Below, piece by piece: positions 23,530 to 37,184 of a stretch of 64,000 bases of DNA. The notes beneath the pieces are model-generated. The model was not told where the DNA came from. It saw only the letters and a list, made by a program, of their open reading frames with translations, and made no database searches. The first letter of the stretch is position 1, and each line of letters starts with the position of its first letter. Source of the stretch: Eledone cirrhosa (Eukaryota); contig OZ024741.1 in NCBI GenBank assembly GCA_964016885.1, positions 174,344,001-174,408,000 on the forward strand, read 5' to 3'. Both the position numbers and the translations under genes were made by a program.

Positions 23530-25440
23530 TTATTGTTCATTTAGCTTGGGTTTGAATTTATCAATAAAATTCTTTTCTTTGATTTTTCTCTTGATTTCAC
23601 TTGGGCTGTGTAATTTGTAGAATGGGAATATTATAAATATTCCCTGACCACATGTTGCCAGGTGGCCGCTTAGGGGTATCTGACGGACATTTGGGTCTCT
23701 GATTTGTTGACGGTGTACCCGTGCACGTTCCGATAGTGCATTTCCAGTTTGACCGACATATAGTTCTTCACAATTCGGGCATTTAATGCAGTAAATTAGA
23801 TTTCTGCTTTTGCAGTTCATATTTGCATTTGGGAATATTTTTCCAGTTTTTGTTTTCATATATTGACCGGCGTGTATGGATTGACATGTGCCGCATCGAT
23901 TATCATTGCATTTAGATACAGTGAATGATTGGTCTTTGTTGTTAAGGTCAAACTTTGCTTTTGTTAGCAATTGCTTCAAATTTTTTGGCTGTCTTTTACT
24001 AAGAGTCAAAGATCGATCTGTGATTAAGCCTTTTAATTCATTACTTTGAGCAATGATCGGTAGGTTTGCTTTGGCAGTGTTGAAGATATTCTGGTGACAT
24101 GGGTTGTGTGTCATTATAAATGGTATGACCAGTTCTTGGTTTCTTCTTCCTTGGGTTGTTCTAAGTTGTTGTATAGGTATTTTTATAGCCCGCTGTATGC
24201 CATTTTCTATAAGTAGAGATGGGTATTTTTGTTTGAGCAAAAATTCTCTTAGTTCTGTTAGGCGTTTGTACCTGGTATTTGTATCTTCTACAATGGTACA
24301 AATTCTTCTGGCTAGGCAGTATGGAATGTTGCGTTTTGTATGAGGTGGATGGCACGACTTAAAATTCAGATATTGATGGGTGTCTGTGTGTTTATAATAT
24401 ATATCCGTGGTAATGGTGGTGTCGTTTTTGATTATCATTATATCTAGGAATGGTAATTTGGTCCTACTCATCTCTTTTGTGAATTGGAGAGATGGGTGTA
24501 GGTTATTCAGGAGGATATTGAACTCGTCCAGAGTATCTAGAGATTCTGTCGAGATGATGAAACAGTCATCAAGGTATCTCTTCCAAGATTTTTCAATGTA
24601 CTTTCTAAAGTCAGTACTATATTTTTCCTCTATTTCTTGGTAGAGTTGTTGTTCTAAGTATCCCATTACAGAGTTCGCGTAAATGGGAGCAAACTTCGTT
24701 CCCATCGCTGTGCCTCTAATTTGGATGTAATTCTTTCCATTGAAGAAGAAAGTGTTGTTTTCCAGAATAAGTTTAACTGCGTCTAATATAAATGGCGCTG
24801 TGAATCTAATGGGAATCACTTCTCTATGTTTTTCCACCCAGTATTTAACCGCCTTTATTCCTAAATCATGTGTAATGTTGGTGTAAAGGCTTACCACATC
24901 AAAACTGAGTAGAAGTGAATTCGTTTCCGTGGTTTTGGGAAGATGGGACAGGAAGTCGATATCATCCCGGATGAAACTGGGTATGTGAATACATAGTGGT
25001 TTCAAAATAATGTCAACAAAATTGCTTAGACGGTGAGTGGGGCATGTTGGACCAGCTATAATAGGTCTAAGTTTTAAGTCTTTTGGGTGTAATAATTTAA
25101 TGTACTCACTGTTTTGTTCTCTTACTGCCAGTTGTATTTCTTTTGGCTTGTGAACTTTCGGTAGGCCATACAGGTTGCTGGGTTTCGGCTCAAAATTGGT
25201 GATGTAGTCTCTTTCTTTATCAGTAAATGAGTTGTGGTATTTTGAAGCCAGGTTGTTGATCTTCTTCATGATGTTGTGGTCTATATTTGACGGTATTTCA
25301 TGATAGAATGTTGTGTCTTTCAGTTGTTCCTCAACCAAATCCTTGTAGTATTCAGTATCCATTATAACAACTGCACCCCCTTTATCTGCTTGTTTAATTA
25401 TTATTGTTTTATCATTTTGTATACGTTTAAGTGCAGACAT
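23530..25440 (-). CDS. PLE reverse transcriptase + GIY-YIG endonuclease (636 aa; frame open upstream to ~25665)
   Basis: ADKGG, YGLPKVHK, LRPII, SFDVVSLYTNI, GTAMG, RYLDD, LPFLD, the Cys linker CNDNRCGTC and NLIYCIKCPNCEELYVGQT...H. Confidence 0.95.
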   Translation of the reverse strand: MSALKRIQNDKTIIIKQADKGGAVVIMDTEYYKDLVEEQLKDTTFYHEIPSNIDHNIMKKINNLASKYHNSFTDKERDYITNFEPKPSNLYGLPKVHKPKEIQLAVREQNSEYIKLLHPKDLKLRPIIAGPTCPTHRLSNFVDIILKPLCIHIPSFIRDDIDFLSHLPKTTETNSLLLSFDVVSLYTNITHDLGIKAVKYWVEKHREVIPIRFTAPFILDAVKLILENNTFFFNGKNYIQIRGTAMGTKFAPIYANSVMGYLEQQLYQEIEEKYSTDFRKYIEKSWKRYLDDCFIISTESLDTLDEFNILLNNLHPSLQFTKEMSRTKLPFLDIMIIKNDTTITTDIYYKHTDTHQYLNFKSCHPPHTKRNIPYCLARRICTIVEDTNTRYKRLTELREFLLKQKYPSLLIENGIQRAIKIPIQQLRTTQGRRNQELVIPFIMTHNPCHQNIFNTAKANLPIIAQSNELKGLITDRSLTLSKRQPKNLKQLLTKAKFDLNNKDQSFTVSKCNDNRCGTCQSIHAGQYMKTKTGKIFPNANMNCKSRNLIYCIKCPNCEELYVGQTGNALSERARVHRQQIRDPNVRQIPLSGHLATCGQGIFIIFPFYKLHSPSEIKRKIKEKNFIDKFKPKLNEQ

Positions 25441-25844
25441 TTCTGATTTGTTAATGTTTGGCCTAACATTAGTATTATGTCTAAGAGGAAATTTAGACAG
25501 GATATCAATGTATTGGTCGAGACAGATATTTCTTCCTTTTGGCGGAGTGAAATTTGATTTATACTTTACTAGTGATTCATCACTCTCATTATTTTTATCA
25601 GCGAAGAATTCTACAAGACGTAATTTTCGACAGAATTCTTGGGTATTCTCCTTCAGTTCTTGGTGAATGAGAATGATCTTGAGAATGATCTCCTGGTTTT
25701 ACTACTTCTCATGGTGTGGTCAAAGGAATACCTATCGTGTTTGTGCTTTTTGTTCATGTTGTGTGCGATAGGGTGTTTTTGTAGAAAAAGCGAAGTGTTA
25801 TTACCGTAGTTCTTCTTTGATTCAAGGTAAGGTGAGTGTTTGTG

Positions 25845-26408
25845 TTAGCACGTGTTCTGGCGTATGTTGTGTTGATGAGATTGTCCACTTTTAATGCTTT
25901 TTTTCAGGGTTCCAGAGTCTTTACCGTAATTTGCAGCATATTCATCGAGAAATAATTGTTTCTGCTGCCATACCTTTCTTGATTTGTTTTCTTCTTTTGA
26001 GATATCTCCGATCCATAGTTCTCGTAGTTTTTCAGCTATAATACCAGTCGTTAGCTTTGAAATTTCAACTTCAATTTGGTCATCAATAGCTTCATATTTG
26101 GCTTTGTAGCGAGATTGTTTACATTCAGAAATGGAGATGTCGGTCCTGAATTTTCTCAATGTAAGTTCCCATCGGAGTTTTGTTTCTTCTTCTAGTTCTC
26201 CTGCAATTTCTGTAATTAGGTATTTACGAGGGAGTATGGGTGCCGTTAGAGAGAGCCATTTCGAATGTGTTTCGACATATTTTTCGCATCTGTATGCTTT
26301 CCAGAAATTTTGTTTTCTTATGTTAAGAAATTTTTTCCATGTCTTCCACATTTCTTTTCTTATTCGATGTGTTTTGTTTTCCAAATTTCTTTCGTTTATT
26401 TCTGACAT
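25845..26408 (-). pseudogene. N-terminal basic ORF segment of the PLE, disconnected from the RT ORF
   Basis: 187-aa ORF lying between the 5' pLTR and the RT ORF. The downstream junction has a duplicated gagaatgatct (25668-25691). Confidence 0.6.
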
Positions 26409-26487
26409 CCAAGGCGGTTGTGGTAGGCTTTCTCTTGTATCTTTGATAACTGTTGGTATGATAGAATATTAAATTCTAAGTGTTAAT

Positions 26488-26526
26488 TGAACAAGTACTT
26501 TCATGCTTTCGCAATCTTCAGGTTCA
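26488..26526 (-). ncRNA. Minimal hammerhead ribozyme in the PLE 5' pLTR
   Basis: Identical to 23110-23148. Confidence 0.8.
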
Positions 26527-26630
26527 TGATATGTGGTGACAGTCGAGTTTGCAATTTTCAACTGTAATGAGATGGGTAAATTTCCTACCTTTTATACATT
26601 TTATACAGAGAAAAGTGGCTCCAGAATGCA

Positions 26631-29010
26631 AAGGGGGTGCAGTTGTTATAATGGATACTGAATACTACAAGGATTTGGTTGAGGAACAACTGAAAGACAC
26701 AACATTCTATCATGAAATACCGTCAAATATAGACCACAACATCATGAAGAAGATCAACAACCTGGCTTCAAAATACCACAACTCATTTACTGATAAAGAA
26801 AGAGACTACATCACCAATTTTGAGCCGAAACCCAGCAACCTGTATGGCCTACCGAAAGTTCACAAGCCAAAAGAAATACAACTGGCAGTAAGAGAACAAA
26901 ACAGTGAGTACATTAAATTATTACACCCAAAAGACTTAAAACTTAGACCTATTATAGCTGGTCCAACATGCCCCACTCACCGTCTAAGCAATTTTGTTGA
27001 CATTATTTTGAAACCACTATGTATTCACATACCCAGTTTCATCCGGGATGATATCGACTTCCTGTCCCATCTTCCCAAAACCACGGAAACGAATTCACTT
27101 CTACTCAGTTTTGATGTGGTAAGCCTTTACACCAACATTACACATGATTTAGGAATAAAGGCGGTTAAATACTGGGTGGAAAAACATAGAGAAGTGATTC
27201 CCATTAGATTCACAGCGCCATTTATATTAGACGCAGTTAAACTTATTCTGGAAAACAACACTTTCTTCTTCAATGGAAAGAATTACATCCAAATTAGAGG
27301 CACAGCGATGGGAACGAAGTTTGCTCCCGTTTACGCGAACTCTGTAATGGGATACTTAGAACAACAACTCTACCAAGAAATAGAGGAAAAATATAGTACT
27401 GACTTTAGAAAGTACATTGAAAAATCTTGGAAGAGATACCTTGACGACTGTTTCATCATCTAGACAGAATCTCTAGATACTCTGGATGAGTTCAATATCC
27501 TCCTGAATAACCTACACCCATCTCTCCAATTCACAAAAGAGATGAGTAGGACCAAATTACCATTCCTAGATATAATGATAATCAAAAACGACACCACCAT
27601 TACCACGGATATATATTATAAACACACAGACACCCATCAATATCTGAATTTTAAGTCGTGCCATCCACCTCATACAAAACGCAACATCCCATACTGCCTA
27701 GCCAGAAGAATTTGTACCATTGTAGAAGATACAAATACCAGGTACAAACGCCTAACAGAACTAAGAGAATTTTTGCTCAAACAAAAATACCCATCTCTAC
27801 TTATAGAAAATGGCATACAGCGGGCTATAAAAATACCTATACAACAACTTAGAACAACCCAAGGAAGAAGAAACCAAGAACTGGTCATACCATTTATAAT
27901 GACACACAACCCATGTCACCAGAATATCTTCAACACTGCCAAAGCAAACCTACCGATCATTGCTCAAAGTAATGAATTAAAAGGCTTAATCACAGATCGA
28001 TCTTTGACTCTTAGTAAAAGACAGCCAAAAATTTGAAGCAATTGCTAACAAAAGCAAAGTTTGACCTTAACAACAAAGACCAATCATTCACTGTATCTAA
28101 ATGCAATGAAAATCGATGCGGCACATGTCAATCCATACACGCCGGTCAATATATGAAAACAAAAACTGGAAAAATATTCCCAAATGCAAATATGAACTGC
28201 AAAAGCAGAAATCTAATTTACTGCATTAAATGCCCGAATTGTGAAGAACTATATGTCGGTCAAACTGGAAATGCACTATCGGAACGTGCACGGGTACACC
28301 GTCAACAAATCAGAGACCCAAATGTCCGTCAGATACCCCTAAGCGGCCACCTGGCAACATGTGGTCAGGGAATATTTATAATATTCCCATTCTACAAATT
28401 ACACAGCCCAAGTGAAATCAAGAGAAAAATCAAAGAAAAGAATTTTATTGATAAATTCAAACCCAAGCTAAATGAACAATAATAACGCCTAGGGCTATTA
28501 CTTCTACTACCACTATGACCATGACCACTAACAACAACAACAACAACAATAATAATAATAATAAAAGTGATGTTGATGGTGATGATTAATAGAAAATGCT
28601 ATTTTCATCATTTCAAAAAAGCAAAACAATTGATACGTTGGATATGACTATTGGTCGTTAGCATGCTCAACCAGCCGTGACGCTTAAACCAATCAGCTGC
28701 AGTAATTCAGTGAAACTACACACTGATTGGTCGAAATACAGTTTACAGGGCTTTGCATTCTGGAGCTACTTTTCTCTGTATAAAATGTATAAAAGGTAGG
28801 AAATTTACCCATCTCATTACAGTTGAAAATTGCAAACTCGACTGTCACCACATATCATGAACCTGAAGATTGCGAAAGCATGAAAGTACTTGTTCAATTA
28901 ACACTTAGAATTTAATATTCTATCATACTATTTCATTATAATACCATTATATATATTTTAAAGGATTGTAAATAAAACGAGTAAATCAGACAAAGTTGGA
29001 ATTCCTCTTA

Positions 29011-29016
<6 letters not shown>
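26631..29016 (+). mobile_element. Inverted 5'-truncated PLE copy 2 (pseudogenised)
   Basis: Starts at the KGG motif and is near-identical to copy 1. TCG->TAG stop at 27461-27463 and a 1-nt deletion near 28030. The pLTR ends in (TA)n. Confidence 0.95.
28858..28896 (+). ncRNA. Minimal hammerhead ribozyme in the pLTR of copy 2
   Basis: tgaacctgaagattgcgaaagcatgaaagtacttgttca. Confidence 0.8.
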
Positions 29017-29065
<49 letters not shown>

Positions 29066-29134
29066 AGATCAAAAGATGGTTAAAGGAGTTCCATATATTT
29101 TATTATGCGCATTTCAAAAACAAACATCATCAAG

Positions 29135-29291
<157 letters not shown>

Positions 29292-30617
29292 TCATCATCA
29301 TCATCATCATCATCATCGTTTAACGTCTATCTTCCATGCTATATATATATATATTATAATGTATATATAATGTATATATATATAAATATATATATGTGTG
29401 TGTATCTATATATATACACCACCTTCACCACTAATTGATTTGACAGATGTCTTTAACCCATTGATACCAAATATTATTTGGTCTGTCTATATATGTATGT
29501 TTGCATGCATGAATGAATACACTAAGCTTTAGATTTAGTAGAACTAGCAGAAAAACCACCCCTTGGGTAGTTTGCTGCTAGCATGTGTAGTGTGTATATT
29601 GATATTATATGCAAGTATATATACATGTAGATATGATACATGAAATAAAATCGTAATTGACAATATACACAGAAATTGAACGAAGACTGTGTTACACTGT
29701 CTTATTTAATCAGTAACGTAATCCATGATACATTAAAAAAGACGATATTATATATAAACTACATTAGGAGAAAATTAGTGACAGAAATATATGAATATTT
29801 ATTTAAGCGACCGCTAACCGGAAGTGTTGACATTTGAACATTTTAAAGAAGGGAATCTTTAAATAAGTAATAAAATATATTTAATGAACAGCCACAAAAT
29901 TTAGTAGATAAATTATGTAATATTCATTCATTATTTATTCAAAGTAATCCAACTTATTTTACTAATGGGATAAAAAAATTATAAGCCATACGCAGTCCCG
30001 CACTCTTTATAGTTTAGATGTACAACCACCGATTCCAGCTATTTGCACTATCATATATTTTGGTTTCTAGTAATTCCCTGGGGAATTGGTTGATCAAATG
30101 CTTTGCTTAATTGTTTTATTTATTTTTTGAAAATGTTATTCTTTCTCTTAGATTTCAGGTATTTTTGGAAAGCAAAGCATTGGCCCCTAAAATACTACAG
30201 TGGGTCCTGCAATGCTATTGTGGGCTCTTGCAATGCTACCGTGGGCCCCCTGGGGCCCACTTGTCATTGGGCAACCTGGCAAACTGGCCAGATCGCCACT
30301 GTATATATATATACATAAACACACATGGCAGTAGTTTTCACCTACCAAATATCATTCACAAGGCATTACTCAACTCCAAGTTATAGTAAATGACACTTGC
30401 CCAAGGTGCCGCAAAGAGGTGGCTAAATAAATAAACATCTTGTTTGTCATGGATTTAGTTCATAAAATTATGGTGAGATGATGAGCAATATTGTCATCAT
30501 TGCTGTCATCATAATCATCGTCATCATTGATGCATAATTATCATCATCATGGCTATTGTAATCATTATCTACATGATTGCAAAGCAAACTTCTAATGCCT
30601 ACTCCTATACATACATA

Positions 30618-30968
30618 CATGATGGCTGCCCCCTCGTTATCGAGTATGGCATTATCGAGTATGGCCATTGCACGATATACCATTATTAATAATTATTAAT
30701 TAATTCCATCGTGCAATGCCTGTGTGTGAAGATATTTTTTAAAGTGAGGAAAGACTGTGCACTGAACCAATCCCACTCTCTGAGCGACAGTAGCTATAAC
30801 CCGAAAAGAAGAAATGATCAACATCATCGGTAACTACTGAGCCGCAGGTTTTATATCGGAGTTATCCCAGTTTCCTGAGTTGCCTTCTCCTAGAAGAATG
30901 CCCTGACAAAGACTAGGGGTCCTTCACTCCCAGTGGTTTAACCGCGCGATCGGGTGTCCAGCCCGACT
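30618..30968 (-). mobile_element. Short non-autonomous RTE derivative (family E; relatives 8705-8760, 61745-62155)
   Basis: Shared tail ggccatactcgataacgagggggcagccatc, which resembles the end of the adjacent RTE (tatactcgagtgtgtagtagctgctatc). Confidence 0.55.
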
Positions 30969-31074
30969 ATACATACATACATACATACATATATACATAC
31001 ATACATGCATACATACATACATACATTCACTCATACACCCACCCCCACCCCACCACCACCACCACACACACACA

Positions 31075-32350
31075 CACATGATAGCAGCTACTACACACTC
31101 GAGTATAAACATCGCTTGAAATTTTCAAACACACTTCTGTGTGTGCAACACGAATGTGATATTTTAGGCCAGCAAGAGTTCTACATTCTCTGATACAGAT
31201 GTTACAGACATGGCCATTGGCTTCAAGAATTGATTGTTGATTGTCATGTACTTTCATATGCTGCCTCAGGCCTCCTACTGATTGGCAGACGTTAATACAT
31301 TGTTGGCCGGTTGTTATACCATATGCACCAACGTAATCCATACCAGCCCTTTTTATATGCTTCCTTTTGTGACTCTTTAATCTAGCTTTGCTGAATCAGG
31401 CTCTTTTGGTCTCCTATGCTTCCTGGCAATTCCATTTTCAAGCCCCTTTTCACATCTCTTTTTAACCTTTCATAATTTCTTGGGGCTGTTTCACCAACTT
31501 TCATCTGTTTAACCAACTTTCATCAAAGATGTTTTTACACAGTCCTTGAACCTCATCTTAGGTTTATGAGGTTGATGTTTGATATCACTTAGCTCAGTAT
31601 AAAGGAGTTGTTTACACAACCTACAGTCCTTCGTTCTCACCATATGTTGTACCTGTTGGAGATAGTGTTGCAAGATAATCGACTCGATACACTGACAGTG
31701 ACTTCTTTCGAGGATCTTAACATCACTCACATACAACCTACAGTGTAGATCCAAGATTTGACAAAGGCACTGTTGGTGAAAGCCCTCCAGCTGTTTTAGA
31801 TGCTTCCGGCAAGTAACCCATGTCTCACAAACATACAGTCAGGATGACAATACATGAGTCGTATAGACCTTAACTTTAATATCAATAGAGATACCTCACT
31901 GGGACCATAGTCACTTTTCTAACTTTCTGAAGGCATCGACAGCTTAGCTGATTCTTGATTATATTTCAATGTCAAGACTGCACGGTACACTTAAGGTAGT
32001 GCCAAGATACATCAACCTGTCCACCAACAAGACTTTCTGATCATACACTCTTATGTCTGGTTCTATGTATGGTTTTCCTGGTGCTGGCTGGTACATGGCC
32101 TTAGTCTTCTTCAAGCTGATTGTTAAACCAAGTGCACAACAAGCACTGCTGAAGGGTCCATTAGGTGTAGCATATCTTCCTGCATGTGAGTAAAATGATC
32201 AGTTGTCTGCATACAGAAATTCTCTCAACAGTGAGTAGATGACCTTCGTATTGGCAACATAACATCTTATGTTGAAAAGCTTCCCAGATTTCAACAGCTT
32301 TTAAATGCCATTAAAAATATCACTGCAAAGAACAGTGAAAACAGTGATGG
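31075..32350 (-). mobile_element. Degenerate RTE (BovB-like) LINE fragment with C-terminal C2H2-like fingers
   Basis: FLYADN, LGLTISLKKTKAMYQPAPGKPY, KQLLYTEL...KMRFKDCVK and HVCNICIRECRTLAGLKYHIRVAH. Confidence 0.8.
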
Positions 32351-33344
32351 TGCTGTTACTACCCTAACCACTAAGCCACAACCTTCATATGTGTCTATAT
32401 ATATACATATAGTCCAAGTCTCACAGACAATGATGTTTACTTTATTCCATCTCTAGAGGCTTATATGCCCAACCTGTCTGACTATTTTCCATAGTAAAAA
32501 AGATGTACATTGTAGCTGTTAACTTTAAATTGACATATATTCAAAAGTCATAATTCACTCTATGCTTCCTAAAAATATGATTGATTGTTTACAGCCACTG
32601 GTTCTGATAGATAAGTCTTATAAATTACTAGTAAGTAGTCAGCCACACTTTGGTATAATGATAACGCAACCACCTGGCATTCAACATGTGTGAATCGAGT
32701 CTCACAGACATTGCTGTTCACTTTTTTCTGTTTCTAGGAACTTATATGCCCAACCTGTTAGACTATTTTTTTTAAAAAAACCTGCATTGGAGCAGATAAC
32801 TCTAAGTTAATATCATCATCATCATCATCATTGTTTTGCTGAAATGCTAACTGAATGAGCACTCAATACATATGAGCAAAGAGTAAAATAAAATTTTTGA
32901 AGAAAAAGGTGATAGTAATTTTGAAGTTTCAACTACATACATACACACATCGTCATCACAATTTAACTAGTTGAAACTTCGAAATTACTAGCTCCTTTTT
33001 CTTCAGGTGCTGGATGCCCTTCCTAACATGAACCACGTTTACAGTGTAGGACTGGGTGATCCCATTATGAGGCAAGTCTGGCCAGTTGGCCAAGCTGTAC
33101 CTGGCTCATAGTGGGACCACATTTTGGCTGAGGTTTTATGGCTGCTGGTAGTATGTAATTGTATGGTACCATTATGGGACAAGTCTGGTCAGTTTCCATG
33201 TCATACCTTGCTCATAACGAAACCTTATTTTAGCTGAGATTTTTTACAGTTGGACACCTTTTTCTAACACCAACCTTGCTTACTGTGTAGAGCTGGGTGG
33301 TACTGTCACAAGACAAGTTGGCCTGCATGCCGTGAATAGTTTGT

Positions 33345-33705
33345 GTGAAAAGAAAAGTGTAAATAAATTGAGAGCGAAACTGGGCATAAGAGGGATCAAA
33401 TAATGCTGTGTGCAGGAGAGAAGACTGCAATGGTATGGACATATGATGCACATGAAAGATGATAGCTGTTTAAAAAGGTGCAGGATGCTAGAATTTGTAG
33501 GGTGCCTCAGAAGAGAAAGACCATGGAATGAAATGATAAAGGCTGCCTTGGCACAGTGGAACCTCTCAAGGGAGATGACAGGACCGAAACATCTGGAGAT
33601 ACAACGTATAACAGAAAACCTGAGCTGACAACCAAGTCCAGCCCACACCGTAAGCATGATCTTTGCTTAGGAAGGGCATTCAGCAGCTGCAAAAACCTAG
33701 CCATA
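33345..33705 (+). mobile_element. RTE LINE 3' fragment
   Basis: QERRLQWYGHMMHMKDDSCLKRC. Confidence 0.75.
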
Positions 33706-33799
33706 TCATGGCCCTACTATTTGCAAGGGAGGTTGCCATGTCTTAAACACAGTTGAAGAGTCCTCCTGACACACACATGTGAAACATGCGCCCCTTTAC

Positions 33800-34035
33800 A
33801 AGCACACCTGCGGCTCCCCGCACAAAGGTTTTTATAGCGCGAGCATGTTTTATCTTCGTGACATATAATTTTAAAAATTAGTTTTAATGTGCACAATTAG
33901 TTGTCATGTGTGGCCCTCAGACAACACATATGTGACCCATGTGGCTCTCAAACAACACATGTGTGACCCATGTGGCCCTCAGACAACACAGGTGTGACCC
34001 ACGTGGCCCTCGGGGGACCCAGTTTGATATGTCTG
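33800..34035. mobile_element. hAT/Charlie-like MITE end with 31-bp tandem repeats
   Basis: tgtggccctcagacaacacatgtgtgaccca x3, then agtttgatatgtctg. Confidence 0.5.
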
Positions 34036-34465
34036 CTGCTGACTATTTTGGGAGGTAAGTTTCCACTATACAATTTCTGTCTACCAAATTTCACTGACAA
34101 GTCACTGGTCATCCTGAGGATACCACCCATGCAGTGGGATAGAACCACAAAACAACATAACTGCTAAAAGAAACTTCTTAACCACACAGCCATGTTAATA
34201 TTCAAGAGTACCTTATCTGATATGTTCATCCAATCATAAGAGGGTAGAGTAAGATTTGAAGTAGATTTGTCTGCCAATTTTCTTGTAAGATATTGTGATA
34301 AGAGGCAGCATATAAATGTAACACTCTCATAGAATCAATATATCTTCAGTTCATTAAATCATGAAGAAAGAATAAATAATGTGACAGAATTTATTCACCT
34401 GCAAATTATCAAAAATACTATATTACAATTAATAATTCAATATATATATACACATATAAATACAT

Positions 34466-34518
<53 letters not shown>

Positions 34519-34521
<3 letters not shown>

Positions 34522-34720
34522 ATAATAATAAAATTGAAGACTAAAATCCAAAGAGGGCTCGATAAGGAAAATATATATCAAATATATAAGAACCGTAGAG
34601 CAAATATTTATTAAAATAACAGATTAAAGTTTAAGCAAAGAATCGCTGCTTTCACCCTTCCCGTTAAGGGTGAAAGCAGCGATTCTTTGCTTAAACTTTA
34701 ATCTGTTATTTTAATAAATA
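34519..34720. mobile_element. Family V mini-element with near-perfect terminal foldback (34605-34720)
   Basis: ~55-bp arms meeting at acccttcccgttaagggt, with TA tracts on both sides. Confidence 0.8.
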
Positions 34721-34734
34721 TATATATATATATA

Positions 34735-36761
34735 GTTAACCAAGTAATACAGAATGGGGTCATAGCGAAAGACTGGCGTAGCAGCATCATCATTAACTGC
34801 TACAAGGGTAAAGGGGATGCTCTAGATAGGGGAAACTATAGAGGCATTAAGTTAGTTGACCAGGTCATGAAGGTCAAAGAAAGAGTTATAGCGCAACTAA
34901 TCAGAGAGCGAATTGATCTAGATGAAATGCAGTTTGTGTTTGTGTCAGGTAAAAGTACCACAGACGCTCTTTTCCTTGTACGACAACTACAAGAGAAGTA
35001 CCTAGCTAAAAGTAAACACCTCTACTTAGCTTTTGTAGACCTGGAGAAAGCCTTTGACAGAGTCCCCCGCTCCATTATCTGGTGGTCTCTTAGAAAACTA
35101 GGTGTAGATGAATGGCTTGTGAGAGCTATACATAATGAAACAGTCAGTAAGGTTAGAATTAACAATGAATATTGTTAGAAAACTAGGTGTAGATGAATGG
35201 CTTGTGAGAGCTATACAAGCTATATATAATGAAACAGTCAGTAAGGTTAGAATTAACAATGAATATTGTGAAGAATTTAGTGTAAAAGTTGGCATTCATC
35301 AAGGCTCTGTTGTTAGCCCCCTCCTATTTATTATTGCCCTTCAGGCTATAACAGAGGAGTTCAAGACCGGCTGCCCATGGGAACTCCTATTCGCAGATGA
35401 TCTAACGCTCATAGCTGAATCAATGGCTGAACTAGAGTAGAAATTCGAAACATGGAAGCATGGCCTAGAATCAAAAGGCCTTAAAGTTAACTTGTCTAAG
35501 ACTAAAGTTCTAGTTTGTAGAAAGGAAAATAGGGCAGAGGTGCCCTCAGGGAAATGGCCATGCTCAGTGTGTAGGAAAGGAGTAGGCAGAAATTCCATTT
35601 TATGTCCCAAATGCAAAGCATGGGTACATAAAAGATATAGTGAGATCACAGGTAAACTATCTAAGAACGTAGACTTTATATGTGGCCAATGCTCAGTTGC
35701 AATAAGTAGCAAGTGTCCACAGGATACTAGCTCCTTCTATTGCCCAGATGGTTCTATAGAAATAGTAGACACTTTCTGTTACCTGGGTGACAAAATCAGC
35801 AGTGGTGGAGGCTGTTCTGAAAGTACAGTAGCCAGAGTCAGAATGGGATGGAAAAAGTTCAGAGAGCTTATACCGCTGTTGGCCACAAAAGGTTTCTCTC
35901 TAAAAACGAAAGGTAGATTGTATGATGCCTGTATACAAACAGCAATGCTACATGGCAGTGAGACATGGGCATTACGTGCAGAGGACCTGCGCAGACTGGA
36001 AAGGAACGAAGCATGCATGCTCCGTTGGATGTGTAATAGTAATATACGTAAACGGCAAAGCATAAATGAACTAAGTGAGAAATTAGGAATAAGAGGGATC
36101 AGATGCTGTTCACTTGAGAGAAGACTACATTGGTATGGTCACGTGATGCACATGAAAGACGACAGCTGCATAAAAAAGTGCAGGGCAATCAAAATTGATG
36201 GTAGTTACGGAGTAGGCAGGCCCAGAAAAACCTAGGACGATCTGATAAATTCCGACCTTACATACTTGCACCTCTTTAAGACAATGCCACTGGACCGAGA
36301 TCTTTGGTGCTATGCAGTAATACAGAAGACCCGCCTTGCCTATGTACAAAGCGAAACCTACAGTCAGTAGGCACCTCTTAACCAAATATACACCCCAATC
36401 CACTACCCCTACACTATCCTCCCACTCCCACCAACACCACCCTCTCTCTGTAAAGTTGGTACCACAACATCCAGTCTAAATAAATGAGATAATGAGATCG
36501 AGATCGTGTAGGTGTCACAACAAAAAAACACAGTCCACGCTGAAATGTGGCCGTGTAGGTAACACGGTAAAAAGTTCCCCGTTCCACACTGTAAATGTGG
36601 TTGGTGTTAGGAAGGGCATCCTGCCGTAGAAAACCTGCCAGATAGTCCTATATGAGCGAGACACGGTCACCCAACCAACCTTGCCTCAAGTGGGACAACT
36701 CCCGTCTAACCCATGCTAGCATGGAAGATGGACGTTAAACGATGATGATGATGATGATGAT
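34735..36761 (+). mobile_element. 5'-truncated RTE-clade LINE (RT domain, disrupted) with 3' UTR and (GAT)n tail
   Basis: YKGKGDALDRGNYRGIKL, FVDLEKAFDRVP, GIHQGSVVSPLLF, LLFADD, YLGD, RRLHWYGHV. It has an ~85-bp internal tandem duplication (35089-35268) and in-frame stops. Confidence 0.95.
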
Positions 36762-36835
36762 ATATATATATATTGAATTATTAATTGTAAGGATATATAA
36801 TATAGTATTTGTGATAATTTGCAGGTGAATATATT

Positions 36836-36877
<42 letters not shown>

Positions 36878-37184
36878 GTAATAATAATTATGAAGACCGA
36901 AGAGGATTCGATAAGGATTGTATATATATATAATATATATAATAAAAATATAATATAATATAAATAATATAATATAAACCTGTAGAGCAAAAATTATTTG
37001 TACAGATATTTGCAAAAATTATTTGTACAGATTATTTGCAAAGAAGCTCTTTGCTTAAACTTTAATCTGTATTAATAATTATATATACAAAACCAATATG
37101 GTGTAGGAGAGACACAAAATAAAAACCCAGTCACTAAGGAGGTCACAGAATGTGTGACAAAGGAGCTTTGACATTATATATATA

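Larger units (their letters stand above)
22993..26634 (-). mobile_element. Penelope-like element (Neptune type), copy 1
   Basis: Partial 5' pLTR 26455-26634 matches 23077-23255. It has an N-terminal ORF piece, an RT+GIY-YIG ORF and a 3' pLTR ending next to a TA tract. Confidence 0.95.

Noticed and set aside
32895-33007. Short inverted repeat containing CTGAAGA (also a degenerate IR at 38826-38958)
   Set aside because: The inverted repeats are real, but I could not build any HHR stems, so they are not counted among the ribozyme foldbacks.
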